From Dehalococcoidia bacterium (lineage in GTDB: Bacteria; Chloroflexota; Dehalococcoidia; UBA2979), in NCBI GenBank assembly GCA_041390685.1, contig JAWKPL010000001.1, positions 73,784 to 137,783 of the forward strand: DNA of 64,000 nucleotides. Reading direction: 5' to 3'. The position numbers were made by a program, and so were the translations under genes. The notes below the pieces were generated by a model. The model saw nothing but the letters and a program-made list of their open reading frames with translations, ran no database searches and had not been told where the DNA came from. Below, piece by piece: positions 8,202-17,458 of this stretch (positions within the stretch are counted from its first letter, which is position 1; each line of letters starts with the position of its first letter).

Positions 8202-10772
8202 CTATCCATCGACGCGAATCGCGGGCCTCAGCCGAGAGAATATCTCGGCGAAGAGAGGTAATTGAATATCCGCCGCGACTTCGAGGGAGATGGCCATTCC
8301 GTATGGCACACCCGTATCGTCACCTGCATCCGCGGTGTCGCGCCGGTTCACCCTGAAACGCAAGACGCCACCCTCGACAAACGCGGATGCACGCTCGCCT
8401 TCGAACACTTCGTGCTGCACCGTGCCTCGGCGTGCCATGTTCATTTCGACCTCAGAACGCTTGACGTCGATCTGGTGCTCGGAACCATCAGCAGCCTCGA
8501 ACCACAATGCGGCCTGGCGGTAACTACGATGATTCAACGTTGTCGGACTGAGCCACGCCAACGTCAATGTGAGTCGTCGTCGCAGTCGGACACCCGCCAG
8601 GCTTGGAGGCAATGGTACTTCGTAGAGCTCGGCTTCATCTCGTGCCAATTTCCCCCATCCGACCAAGGTCACGCGCTGATCGGTGCCTCCCAGTGCCCGC
8701 TCTTCCTCGATCGCGCCGAACCCGAGCAGTCGCGTAAGCTCTCTCCTCCTCCGAACGGGAGGGACATCGCTGAGCGCTCTTTCAATCACGGTCGCGGCAT
8801 CTCCCCAACACGCCGCGTGCACCACGAGGCATTTCGTCAGCACAGTTCGAAACTCGTCGGGGATCTGCGTCGTCTCTTCCAGCAGCTCATATACACGTGC
8901 AGCAAGGTGTGAAATCGTTGCCGCCGCGTTACTTGTTCCGTGAACAAACGTCGTTGCTGCTAAGTCCCCAGGCGGCCCAACTGCTGCGACTTGCACCCCC
9001 GGGGCTCGTCCCGATGGGAGACTCTGGAGGACCTCGTTGCCGTCGGTACCCATGGGCAAACCGAATCGATACGATATTCTCCCGCCCCGCGCAAGGACAT
9101 CTGGCTTTACGCTTCGCCCGTAGCCCAGTCCAAGTGCGTTAATAGGACTGGGCAAAATCTCACTTGTATAGACTGCGAGTGCCCGTGGATGCATAGCCCC
9201 AGAGCCGTCTCCGTTTACGGCGGCAACCGTCAGTCCATTCACTGACTCCGCTGGCGAAAGAAGCCGCCTAAGACGTGCGTCAGACCATAGTGCTCGCAGA
9301 ATCAAGTGTGTCTTTGCATCCGCTTCCAGTTCGTCGAAAGTGCTACGTGACATGAATAGGGGAACCTGTGCATCGTGATTGCCGGCGCTCACCACGAATA
9401 GGACGTTGTACTTCCAGGAAAGCCAGTCCAATAGCCTGGCCATCGGGCTGATAATCGAATCGAACGGGCGCCAAGAGTCGCCGATCGAGAAATTGACGAT
9501 CCTCACAGTCGGAGCCGCGGGTATCACCGACCCCCCCGTAACTTCGAACATCTCTCGCACAGCACGATGGATCAAATCGACGCTCAGCACATCGTCGGGG
9601 AGCCTTTCAGCTCGTTCTATATGCCGGGAGTCGGGCCGCATGACCGGTCGAACATAGACTAAGTTCCCGAGTGTGGTCCTTGGACTTGATAGGTCCCCAT
9701 GCACAAGAATCGACGCCATCGCAGTTCCGTGCCGCTGCTCAGCCGCTTCATATACAGAAGCCATGTCGTCCGCGTCATTTAGTAGTAACCGTCCCGCCAA
9801 CAGCGCGTGGTTCGTCAGCGGCAACCCGTCCAACAAGGCGAGACGGGGCAGACCGAGCGTCTCCGAAGGCGATTCCGATTGCGCGGTCGTACGTAGCTCA
9901 TCCACCGGATTGACCGGCGCGGTGAATTGTGCGGCCGGGCGAATGAACATGATCGACCCCGCCCGAACAACTTCAACTTCCCGCCCCTGCACGAGGCCTG
10001 CAGCAACGCCGGCCGGAATGTTAACCAACATCGCGTGGTAGCCGATCTCCGGAATGAGAGCGGTTGCTTGTACCGATCCTCCGCTCGCAGCGACCAGCCC
10101 ACGAATACTCTCTTCGGCGTGTAGCCTCGACTCTGCTGTGCCGCGGAACCATAGTTCGATCTCTGCAGGGACCGTCTCATCGCCCACCTGAAGGCGATCC
10201 GCCCGGTCCTCCGCAAGACCCGTGTCGAGGACGCGGTCCCGGTAACCCCAAAGACGGATGTCGCGAAGCTGATCGAAAAGATCCCGCCAGGGGGTTTGAC
10301 CGCGTGGCCAGCCCTCGTCGGCTCCCCCCTTGATTCGAAGGTAGAGCTCCCAGAGTCGTCGGAGCTCGGCGATCGCCTCCTGGTCGGCCAGCACCAAATA
10401 GACTCTGGCCGGGATCCCTGGCTCGGTCGAGCCATCGCTCCCACGGAAGTCGGCATCCTCGTCAACGCGGAATTCATCGGATTCGACCAGCCATTCCCAC
10501 CCAGGCATTCGGCGGACGGCACGAACGAATTCGTCGACTGAACCAGCCACCTCAAACACGATCACTTCCTCGGGTGCTGCGTCCATCGCACTCCGCTGGA
10601 ATGTTCGGCTTCGCTGGCGAAATTGCTCCTCGAGTTCGAGGATACGGGGCGTAACGCGTTCCTGCTGCCGCTGCCATCCCGGACTTGATGGACGGGCACC
10701 GCCGCCACCCCGCCTCACGGAACGTGGCTCCTGCCTAACCGGTCTCAGAAAAATGAACGGTCGGTCGGGCAT
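8202..10772 (-). CDS. S8 (subtilisin-like) serine peptidase, 856 aa, ietS-like
   Basis: Catalytic signatures: 'ALLDGLP' (Asp), 'HGTAMASILVHGD' (His), 'VVSAGNHD' (oxyanion Asn) and 'GTSNAAATISHLAARV' (Ser). It starts about 10 nt after the upstream ATPase stop. GC is lower than the flanks. Confidence 0.85.
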   Translation of the reverse strand: MPDRPFIFLRPVRQEPRSVRRGGGGARPSSPGWQRQQERVTPRILELEEQFRQRSRTFQRSAMDAAPEEVIVFEVAGSVDEFVRAVRRMPGWEWLVESDEFRVDEDADFRGSDGSTEPGIPARVYLVLADQEAIAELRRLWELYLRIKGGADEGWPRGQTPWRDLFDQLRDIRLWGYRDRVLDTGLAEDRADRLQVGDETVPAEIELWFRGTAESRLHAEESIRGLVAASGGSVQATALIPEIGYHAMLVNIPAGVAAGLVQGREVEVVRAGSIMFIRPAAQFTAPVNPVDELRTTAQSESPSETLGLPRLALLDGLPLTNHALLAGRLLLNDADDMASVYEAAEQRHGTAMASILVHGDLSSPRTTLGNLVYVRPVMRPDSRHIERAERLPDDVLSVDLIHRAVREMFEVTGGSVIPAAPTVRIVNFSIGDSWRPFDSIISPMARLLDWLSWKYNVLFVVSAGNHDAQVPLFMSRSTFDELEADAKTHLILRALWSDARLRRLLSPAESVNGLTVAAVNGDGSGAMHPRALAVYTSEILPSPINALGLGYGRSVKPDVLARGGRISYRFGLPMGTDGNEVLQSLPSGRAPGVQVAAVGPPGDLAATTFVHGTSNAAATISHLAARVYELLEETTQIPDEFRTVLTKCLVVHAACWGDAATVIERALSDVPPVRRRRELTRLLGFGAIEEERALGGTDQRVTLVGWGKLARDEAELYEVPLPPSLAGVRLRRRLTLTLAWLSPTTLNHRSYRQAALWFEAADGSEHQIDVKRSEVEMNMARRGTVQHEVFEGERASAFVEGGVLRFRVNRRDTADAGDDTGVPYGMAISLEVAADIQLPLFAEIFSRLRPAIRVDG

Positions 10773-10782
10773 TGCTCGCTCG

Positions 10783-11760
10783 CTACGAAGTCGTTCCAGT
10801 GACCTTGCGTCGGCTATTCCATTGTCGCAGGCGGCTCTTCAGGATCTCGTCGGGCTTGGCCTCTCCTTGCTGCAAGACCATACGGCGCTGTACGTCAAGC
10901 ACGAAGTCGGTTAGCTCAGCGAAACTTGAACCCGCGAGAGATCGACTGATGGAATCGTAAGAGCGCCGCGACTCCCCTACCGCCGAACCAAGGCGCGCGC
11001 GCAGAAATGCCTCACGCTGGATTGGCCCCGGAGCCGGAAGCTCCAGCCGAACCTCAAACCGCCGCCACACGGCGCGATCGAGCAACTCAGGATGATTGGT
11101 TGCTGTCACCACCACAACGTGGCTCGGGAGCGAGTCAATCTGCAGCAGCAAGGAGCTCACGACACGCTTCACCTCCCCGGTATCGTGTGGGTCACCACGC
11201 TCCTTGGCAATCGCGTCGAATTCGTCAAAGAAGAGAACGCACTGCCGAGTCCTAACAAAGTCGAACAGTTGGCTGATCCGATAGGCCGTTTCGCCCAGAT
11301 AACTCCCAATAATGCGATCGTATCGCACGGACATGAGAGGAACAGCGAGCTCGAATGCCAACGCCTCGGCGAGAGAGGTTTTCCCGTTTCCTGGAGGCCC
11401 TACCAGCATGATCCGGTGACGCGGTTCGAGGTTGAAGGACTGCAACAACGTGCGCCTCTGCTGCTCCTCTATCAGTTCACCAACGATCTCCAACAGTGGC
11501 GCGGCGAGATAGAGGTCAGTCAGGCTTCGGGCGGGTAAAGTAGCGTGCACATATGCGTCCGCTGCTGCATCCCCTAAGGTGCTCAGGAGTACGCCTTCCT
11601 TCTCCGGGCGCCGTATCCGCTGCTCTAGCTGATCGGCGAGAACATCGTGACGTCGCCCGCGCTCCTCGGCGATGAGCGCCTCGGCAGCACGACGGAACAT
11701 CACTCGGTCGCCGGCAGACCCGGACTCCACGAGCTTCAGCAGCAAGTCACCTCTAGCCAT
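10783..11760 (-). CDS. AAA+ ATPase (classic AAA clade), ietA-like
   Basis: Walker A 'GPPGNGKTS', Walker B 'VLFFDEFD', sensor-1 'TATN' and an Arg finger 'RRF'. It is directly upstream of the S8 peptidase on the same strand. Confidence 0.85.
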   Translation of the reverse strand: MARGDLLLKLVESGSAGDRVMFRRAAEALIAEERGRRHDVLADQLEQRIRRPEKEGVLLSTLGDAAADAYVHATLPARSLTDLYLAAPLLEIVGELIEEQQRRTLLQSFNLEPRHRIMLVGPPGNGKTSLAEALAFELAVPLMSVRYDRIIGSYLGETAYRISQLFDFVRTRQCVLFFDEFDAIAKERGDPHDTGEVKRVVSSLLLQIDSLPSHVVVVTATNHPELLDRAVWRRFEVRLELPAPGPIQREAFLRARLGSAVGESRRSYDSISRSLAGSSFAELTDFVLDVQRRMVLQQGEAKPDEILKSRLRQWNSRRKVTGTTS

Positions 11761-11784
11761 TTCGTCAATCTACACGTATCGGGC

Positions 11785-11838
11785 CACACCCACACCCACC
11801 CCACGCCTCCCCCATCCTCCCTACCCCCAACTCCCCCT
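11785..11838. repeat. C-tract/G-tract low-complexity region (G4/i-motif-prone)
   Basis: The plus strand reads 'ccacacccacacccaccccacgcctcccccatcctccctacccccaactccccc' with almost no G. The complement contains at least six G3-5 runs. Confidence 0.7.
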
Positions 11839-11920
11839 ATACTTGACCTCACGCCCGGCGACGCCACCCCGACCGCCCGAGGCCACACCCACCCTCCTGC
11901 ACACACTCGGAGCCACAGCC

Positions 11921-14281
11921 ATGGCACTCTCCGCGATCGTCGGCTACCCCCGCATCGGCACCCGCCGCGAACTCAAGCGCGCCACCGAGGCCTACTGGGA
12001 CGGCAAACAGACCCGCGACGAACTCCAGCACACCGCCGCCGCCCTCCGCCTCGAAGCCTGGACCCGCATGCGTGACGCCGGCATCGACCTCATCCCCTCC
12101 AACACCTTCAGCCTCTACGACCAGGTCCTCGACACCTCCGCCATGGTCGGCGCCATCCCCGCCCGCTACGACTGGCACGGCGGCCCCCTCGACCTCGACA
12201 CCTACTTCGCCATGGCCCGAGGCGCCGGCGACGACGACCCCCACGACGCCACCGACACCGGCCTCACCGCACTCGAGATGACCAAGTGGTTCGACACCAA
12301 CTACCACTACCTCGTTCCCGAGTTCACCCCTGGCATGACCTTCCAGCTCGCCTCCACCAAGGCCCTCGACGAATACCTCGAGGCCCGCGCCGCCGGCATC
12401 GAGACCGTCCCCGTCCTCCTCGGCCCCCTCTCCTACCTCCTCCTCGGCAAGATGCAGATCGCCTCGGCCTACTCCCCCACCGGCGTCGCCCCCAACCCCG
12501 ATGAGGACGCCGACGCCGTCCCCGGCGACGACCGCCTCGCCCTCCTCCCCAACCTCCTCGAGGTCTACAAGCAGGTCCTCGCCGCCCTCCGCGACGCCGG
12601 CGCGCAGTGGGTCCAGTTCGACGAACCCACCCTCGTCCAGGACCGCACCGCCGAAGACCTCGCCGCCCTCCGCACCGCCTACGAGGCCCTCGCCGCCGAG
12701 TCAGGTGACACGAAGCTCCTGATCCAGACCTACTTCGGCGACGTCGACCAGGCCTACCACACCCTCGCCGCCCTCCCCGTTGCCGCCATCGGCCTCGACT
12801 TCCGCCGCGGCCGGCGCAACGCCGACCTCGTCCGCCAGCACGGCCTCCCCGGCGGCAAGTACCTCATGGCAGGCGTCGTCGACGGCCGCAACGTCTGGAT
12901 CAACGACCTCGACGCCTCCCTCACCCTCCTCAAGGAGCTCCGCGCCCGCGTCGGCGAGGACCGCGTCGTCGTCTCCTCCTCCTGCAGCCTCATGCATGTC
13001 CCCCTCGCCCTTGAGCGCGAGACCGCCCTCGACCCCGAGATCAAGAGCTGGCTCGCCTTCGCCCACCAGAAGGTCGACGAAGTCGCCGCCCTCGCCACCG
13101 CCCTCGACGACCCCGAGGCCGTCGCCGACCAGCTGGCCGCCAACCGCGCCGCCCTCGAGTCGCGCCGCACCTCCCCCCGCGTCCACGACGCCGCCACCGA
13201 GCAGCGCCTCGCCTCCGTCACCGAGGCCGACTACCGCCGCCCCGGCTCCGTCGAGGAGCGCCGCCGTGCCCAGCGCGCCCGCCTTGGCCTCCCCGCCTTC
13301 CCGACGACGACGATCGGCTCCTTCCCCCAGACCAACGAGCTCCGACGCGCCCGCCGCCGCCTCACCGACGGCGAACTCGACGAAGCCGGCTACGAGGCCG
13401 TCATGGAGGACGAGATCCGCAAAGTCGTGAAGCTCCAGGAAGACCTCGACCTGGACGTCCTCGTCCACGGCGAACCCGAGCGCAACGACATGGTCGAGTA
13501 CTTCGGCGAACAGCTCGCCGGCTTCACCTTCACCCGCTTCGGCTGGGTCCAGTCCTACGGATCGAGGAACGTCAAGCCGCCCATCATCTACGGCGACGTC
13601 TCCCGCCCCGCCCCCATGACCGTCCGCTGGAGCACGTTCGCCCAGTCCCTCACCTCGCGGCCGATGAAGGGCATGCTCACCGGCCCCGTGACCATCCTCA
13701 ACTGGTCCTTCGTCCGCGACGACCAGCCCCGAGGTGAGACCTGCCGCCAGATCGCCCTCGCCATCCGCGACGAGGTCACCGACCTCGAGGCCGCCGGCAT
13801 CGGCGTCATCCAGATCGACGAGCCCGCCCTCCGCGAAGGCCTCCCGCTCCGTCGCTCCGACTGGACCAGCTACCTTGCCTGGGCCGTCCCCTGCTTCCGC
13901 CTCGCCACCGCCTCCGTCCGCGACGAGACCCAGATCCACACCCACATGTGCTACGCCGAGTTCAACGAGATCATCGAGGCCATCTCCGACCTTGACGCCG
14001 ACGTCATCTCCATCGAGAACTCACGCTCCGACGCCGAACTCCTCGAGGTCTTTCGCGACTTCCGTTATGACAAGGAGATCGGCCCCGGCGTCTACGACAT
14101 CCACTCTCCTCGCGTCCCCCCCACCGAGGAGATGGCGCAGCGCCTCCGCCAGGCCACGGCCGTCCTCCCCCGCGACCTCGTCTGGGTGAACCCCGACTGC
14201 GGCCTCAAGACCCGTCGCGAGGAGGAAGTGGTGCCCGCCCTCCAGCACCTCGTCGCCGCCGCGAAGGCCATGCGCGCCTGA
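11921..14281 (+). CDS. metE: 5-methyltetrahydropteroyltriglutamate--homocysteine S-methyltransferase (cobalamin-independent methionine synthase)
   Basis: Full-length two-domain MetE: N-terminal 'IGSFPQT', C-terminal '[13 protein letters not shown]' and Zn ligands. The ATG at 11921 begins '[19 protein letters not shown]'. Confidence 0.95.
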   Translation: MALSAIVGYPRIGTRRELKRATEAYWDGKQTRDELQHTAAALRLEAWTRMRDAGIDLIPSNTFSLYDQVLDTSAMVGAIPARYDWHGGPLDLDTYFAMARGAGDDDPHDATDTGLTALEMTKWFDTNYHYLVPEFTPGMTFQLASTKALDEYLEARAAGIETVPVLLGPLSYLLLGKMQIASAYSPTGVAPNPDEDADAVPGDDRLALLPNLLEVYKQVLAALRDAGAQWVQFDEPTLVQDRTAEDLAALRTAYEALAAESGDTKLLIQTYFGDVDQAYHTLAALPVAAIGLDFRRGRRNADLVRQHGLPGGKYLMAGVVDGRNVWINDLDASLTLLKELRARVGEDRVVVSSSCSLMHVPLALERETALDPEIKSWLAFAHQKVDEVAALATALDDPEAVADQLAANRAALESRRTSPRVHDAATEQRLASVTEADYRRPGSVEERRRAQRARLGLPAFPTTTIGSFPQTNELRRARRRLTDGELDEAGYEAVMEDEIRKVVKLQEDLDLDVLVHGEPERNDMVEYFGEQLAGFTFTRFGWVQSYGSRNVKPPIIYGDVSRPAPMTVRWSTFAQSLTSRPMKGMLTGPVTILNWSFVRDDQPRGETCRQIALAIRDEVTDLEAAGIGVIQIDEPALREGLPLRRSDWTSYLAWAVPCFRLATASVRDETQIHTHMCYAEFNEIIEAISDLDADVISIENSRSDAELLEVFRDFRYDKEIGPGVYDIHSPRVPPTEEMAQRLRQATAVLPRDLVWVNPDCGLKTRREEEVVPALQHLVAAAKAMRA

Positions 14282-14349
14282 TCTCGCGCGTGCTGACGCG
14301 CGCTCGCCGGTTCTGCTAGGCTGCCCTCGGCGAGAGTGGGAGGCCGTCG

Positions 14350-14823
14350 ATGTTCATGCAGCGGATGGCGCTGGTCGCGCTGGTCGGCATCGCCATGGCC
14401 CTCGTGGCCTGCGGCGGTGACTCCGAGGACTCGGACACCGACCCCGTAGGCGCGGCCGGCGCAAGCCAGGGCGAGTCCGGCGCCACGTCGCCGGCTGGCC
14501 CCTCCACCGGCCAGGCTGCCCCCTCCTCCGCCGGACGAGGCTCCGGCACCGTCTCCCTCAACGGCACGGAATACGACTTCGTCGTCCGCTCGTGCGCCGT
14601 CGTCAACGGCAAGCCCAACCTCGGCGGCGACGGCGCCATCAACGTCGCCCTCGGTGCCGGCTTCCTCGTCCAGCTCCCCGGCGGTGCCTCCTACACCGTC
14701 CGCCAACCTGTCACCGCCGTGCAGGGCAAGACCGTCACCGCCTCGGGCACCGGCAGCAACCTCGCCGCCGCCAACGACCTCGTGCCCGTAACCCTCGAGG
14801 CCACCTGCTCCGACCTCAACTGA
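14350..14823 (+). CDS. small lipoprotein, unknown function (paralog A)
   Basis: Lipobox 'LVACGG', a Gly/Ser-rich linker, and a C-terminal domain with a conserved Cys pair. Confidence 0.65.
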   Translation: MFMQRMALVALVGIAMALVACGGDSEDSDTDPVGAAGASQGESGATSPAGPSTGQAAPSSAGRGSGTVSLNGTEYDFVVRSCAVVNGKPNLGGDGAINVALGAGFLVQLPGGASYTVRQPVTAVQGKTVTASGTGSNLAAANDLVPVTLEATCSDLN

Positions 14824-15055
14824 CCACCGCGCCCCGCCCGAACCCTGCCGGCAACATCCGACCGAAGCCCAACACCCGGCGGCAACCCTCCGTCCGGCGC
14901 GCGGGCACAGCCCGCCGCGTTCGAGGGGGCGAAGCCCCCGTTGGGGTGGGCCGCGCAGCCGCCGACCATGCCGCGCCGCGCACCAGCGCCCCAGCACCGG
15001 CCCTCCCGCATAATCGTCCCCGCGACCCCCGCACCCCGCCCGAAAGGCACCCCGC

Positions 15056-15568
15056 TTGGACAGCCAGCCTCCCCGGCGCCGCCTCATCACCCTCGCACTC
15101 CTCGGCGCGACCCTCATGGCCTGCGCCGGCAACTCCGGCGCCTCAACGGGCGCCCCGACGCCGTTCTTCACCCCACGAGGCGCAACGACGGCGACTCCGA
15201 CGCCGTCCGAAGCAACGGCGGCTGCACCCACTTCCTCCGACGCCCCCGCTCCGTCGACCGCCCGCGGCTCCACCACCCGTGACGGCGGCACGCTCGTCCT
15301 TGCGGGAAACAGCTACGCGTTCACCGTCCGCACCTGCGACACGATCAACGGCGAGTACCACCTCGTCGGCGACGGCGACGCGAGCGTGGCGCTGGCGTCC
15401 GTGCTCATCGTGCAGACGGACGGGCGCGGCTCCTTCATCGTCGACGAACCAGACGCCTCCTCTGCCGGTACGACCCTGACCGTCTCCGGCCCCGCCCGCA
15501 ATCTCGTCCTCCCCGGCGACCGCGTCCCGCTCACCCTCACAGCCACCTGCCCCGGTCTGGCAAACTGA
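15056..15568 (+). CDS. small lipoprotein, unknown function (paralog B)
   Basis: Lipobox 'LMACAG'. The C-terminal domain aligns with 14350..14823: 'G.SY.F.VR.C...NG...L.GDG...VAL...L.V...G' and 'L.V.G....L...D.VP.TL.ATC..L'. Confidence 0.65.
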   Translation: MDSQPPRRRLITLALLGATLMACAGNSGASTGAPTPFFTPRGATTATPTPSEATAAAPTSSDAPAPSTARGSTTRDGGTLVLAGNSYAFTVRTCDTINGEYHLVGDGDASVALASVLIVQTDGRGSFIVDEPDASSAGTTLTVSGPARNLVLPGDRVPLTLTATCPGLAN

Positions 15569-15602
15569 ACCCACCCCCACCGAACGACCGAGGACACGCC
15601 CC

Positions 15603-16394
15603 ATGGCCGACCACCAGCCCCCGCCCTACGTCCGCATCGGCCCGAGGAAGTACGACCGCCTCCTCCTCGACCTCCAGGTCGAGCTCGTCAAGCTCCAGCG
15701 CGATTTCATCCGTGACGGGGAACGCACCCTCGTCATCCTCGAGGGCCGTGACGCCGCGGGTAAAGACGGCACGATTAAGCGCATCACCCAGCACCTCAGC
15801 CCTCGCGAGACCCGCGTCGTCGCCCTCGGCAAACCCTCCGACCGTGACCAGACCACGTGGTACTTCCAGCGCTACGTCCCCCACCTCCCCGCGGCGGGCG
15901 AGCTCGTCCTGTTCAACCGTTCCTGGTACAACCGCGCTGGCGTCGAACGCGTCATGGGCTTCTGCACGGACGACCAGTACGAGGAATTCATGACCTCCGT
16001 CCTCGACTTCGAGCACATGGTCATCCGCTCCGGCATCCGCCTGTTCAAGTACTACCTCGACATCTCGAAGGGCGAGCAACAGGAGCGGCTCGAGGACCGG
16101 CGCAAGAGCCCTTTAACCCAGTGGAAGATCAGCTCCCTCGACGAGAAGGCCCTGGACCTCTGGGACGCCTACTCCGAGGCACGCAACGAGATGCTCATGC
16201 GCACCCGTGACCCCATCGCCCCATGGATCGTCGTCCGCGCGGACCACAAGAAGACCGCCCGTGTTCAGCTCATTCAGGACCTCCTCTCCCGCCTCGACTA
16301 CGAGGACAAAGACGGCTCGCTACTCCGGCCGGACCCCGCCATCGTCTTCGAGTTCGACCCCCTGCACCTCGAAAATGGCATGATCCAGCCCTGA
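15603..16394 (+). CDS. ppk2: polyphosphate kinase 2 family protein
   Basis: Walker A 'EGRDAAGKDG', the 'FNRSWY' motif and a lid region are present. Length is ~260 aa. Confidence 0.9.
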   Translation: MADHQPPPYVRIGPRKYDRLLLDLQVELVKLQRDFIRDGERTLVILEGRDAAGKDGTIKRITQHLSPRETRVVALGKPSDRDQTTWYFQRYVPHLPAAGELVLFNRSWYNRAGVERVMGFCTDDQYEEFMTSVLDFEHMVIRSGIRLFKYYLDISKGEQQERLEDRRKSPLTQWKISSLDEKALDLWDAYSEARNEMLMRTRDPIAPWIVVRADHKKTARVQLIQDLLSRLDYEDKDGSLLRPDPAIVFEFDPLHLENGMIQP

Positions 16395-16512
16395 GGCGAC
16401 GTAGAGCGGCCCCACCCTCCCTCGCACCAGGCCATAAACGCAGAACCGAATACGCGCGTTACTGTTTTACGTTTTGCGTATCTCCCGCATCGTTCGCTCG
16501 CAAGCAGAACAA

Positions 16513-16530
16513 ATGTTTCACGTGAAACAT
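16513..16530. promoter_or_regulatory. perfect 18-bp palindrome ATGTTTCACGTGAAACAT in an AT-rich convergent intergenic region
   Basis: Exact reverse-complement symmetry. It is embedded in a ~200-bp low-GC stretch, and a second palindrome GTGACGccCGTCAC lies at 16534..16547. Confidence 0.5.
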
Positions 16531-16606
16531 GTCGTGACGCCCGTCACATCCGAGACTCCCGATGCGATTGGGGTAGTTCTGAGGCCCCGGCGAGAGCCTG
16601 AGCCGC

Positions 16607-17296
16607 CTAATCCGGCACCCAGATGCGGCGCGCTGCCTGCAGGCCCAGCACCAGGTCACGCCCCTCGAGGCGCACCGTGACCGTCCCCCGGTACGGCGCC
16701 GTCTCCACCACCTCGATCACGGCGCCCGGCCGGATCCCCTCAAGGTCGAAGAACCGCAGCAGTTCTTCATCTTCCTCATACACCCGCTCAACCACCGTGG
16801 TCGCCCCGGCCGGTAAGTCCGAGAGCCGCAGCCGTGACAGCGGATGACGGTGCGGCGAGCCCGGGATCGGGTAACCGAACGGCGACAGCGTCGGGTCACC
16901 GAGCTTCTCCACGATCAGTGGCTCGGTCACGTCCGAGATCGAGTGCTCCATGAGGTGCGCCTCTTCGTACGCGCGCCACCATTCGAGGCCGAGCGTCTCC
17001 ACCAGCAGGCACTCGGCCAGTCGGTGCCGCCGCACCATCTGCTCCGCACGCTGGAACCCGGTCTTCGTCAGCGCGATCCGCTTCCGCTCGTCGACGCTCA
17101 CAAGCCGGTCCCGACGCAGCCGTGACAGCATCCCCGCGATCGAGGCCGGCCGGATCCCAAGCCGGTCTGCGACCCGCGCCGCGATCACCTCTTCGTGCTC
17201 ATCGTGTGACAGCCGGTAAATCGTCGTCAGGGCGTCGTCGGACGCGACGTTCGTGACCTGCTTTGGCACCTGTCTCCTCCGGGCCAGATCGTCCAT
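16607..17296 (-). CDS. DtxR/IdeR/MntR-family metal-dependent transcriptional repressor with C-terminal FeoA/SH3-like domain
   Basis: N-terminal helix-turn-helix 'TTIYRLSHDEHEEVIAARVADRLGIRPASIAGMLSRL', a dimerisation/metal-site region and a C-terminal SH3-like domain. The start is uncertain between the ATG at 17296 and a downstream GTG. Confidence 0.8.
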   Translation of the reverse strand: MDDLARRRQVPKQVTNVASDDALTTIYRLSHDEHEEVIAARVADRLGIRPASIAGMLSRLRRDRLVSVDERKRIALTKTGFQRAEQMVRRHRLAECLLVETLGLEWWRAYEEAHLMEHSISDVTEPLIVEKLGDPTLSPFGYPIPGSPHRHPLSRLRLSDLPAGATTVVERVYEEDEELLRFFDLEGIRPGAVIEVVETAPYRGTVTVRLEGRDLVLGLQAARRIWVPD

Positions 17297-17458
17297 CTGG
17301 CTGCCGCTTACGGCAACCGCTACGGGAGCGCATAGCCGCCCCCCAACGTATGATGCGCGCGGCGCTTCGCTTCGCCACGGGTCGCAGAGGGCACAGACGT
17401 CAGCACGGAAGAACTGAGCGAACCCCAGGCAAGGCACGAAGCCGTCCTCGCCCCGCTC

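Noticed and set aside
8230-8248. Hairpin GCCGAGAgaataTCTCGGC near the protease 3' end, as a possible terminator
   Set aside because: It lies inside the last ~15 codons of the protease ORF and is not followed by a T-tract. It is probably coincidental.
7033-8265. 410-aa and 224-aa Pro/Arg-rich ORFs on the plus strand
   Set aside because: They are antisense to the well-supported DUF4389 gene and to intergenic DNA. They are compositional artefacts.
9815-10555. 246-aa minus-strand ORF and several 60-120-aa plus-strand ORFs inside the protease gene
   Set aside because: They are alternative frames of the S8 peptidase gene. The 856-aa frame carries the complete catalytic motif set.
11672-11920. N-terminal 83-aa extension of the metE ORF, and a search for a SAM/B12 riboswitch upstream of metE
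   Set aside because: The extension translates the C-tract as low-complexity PT-rich peptide, and MetE homology begins at the ATG at 11921. The upstream 160 nt is nearly G-free and cannot form a riboswitch fold.
12701-15291. Long antisense ORFs 12701..13945 (-), 14092..15291 (-) and 14592..15479 (+)
   Set aside because: These are Gly/Ala/Arg-rich translations antisense or out of frame to metE and the lipoprotein genes. They are typical GC-rich spurious ORFs.
16459-16680. Small ORFs 16459..16659 (-) and 16474..16680 (+), both containing 'MFHVKH'
   Set aside because: Both arise from translating the 18-bp palindrome on either strand. No ribosome-binding site is present, and they are mirror artefacts.
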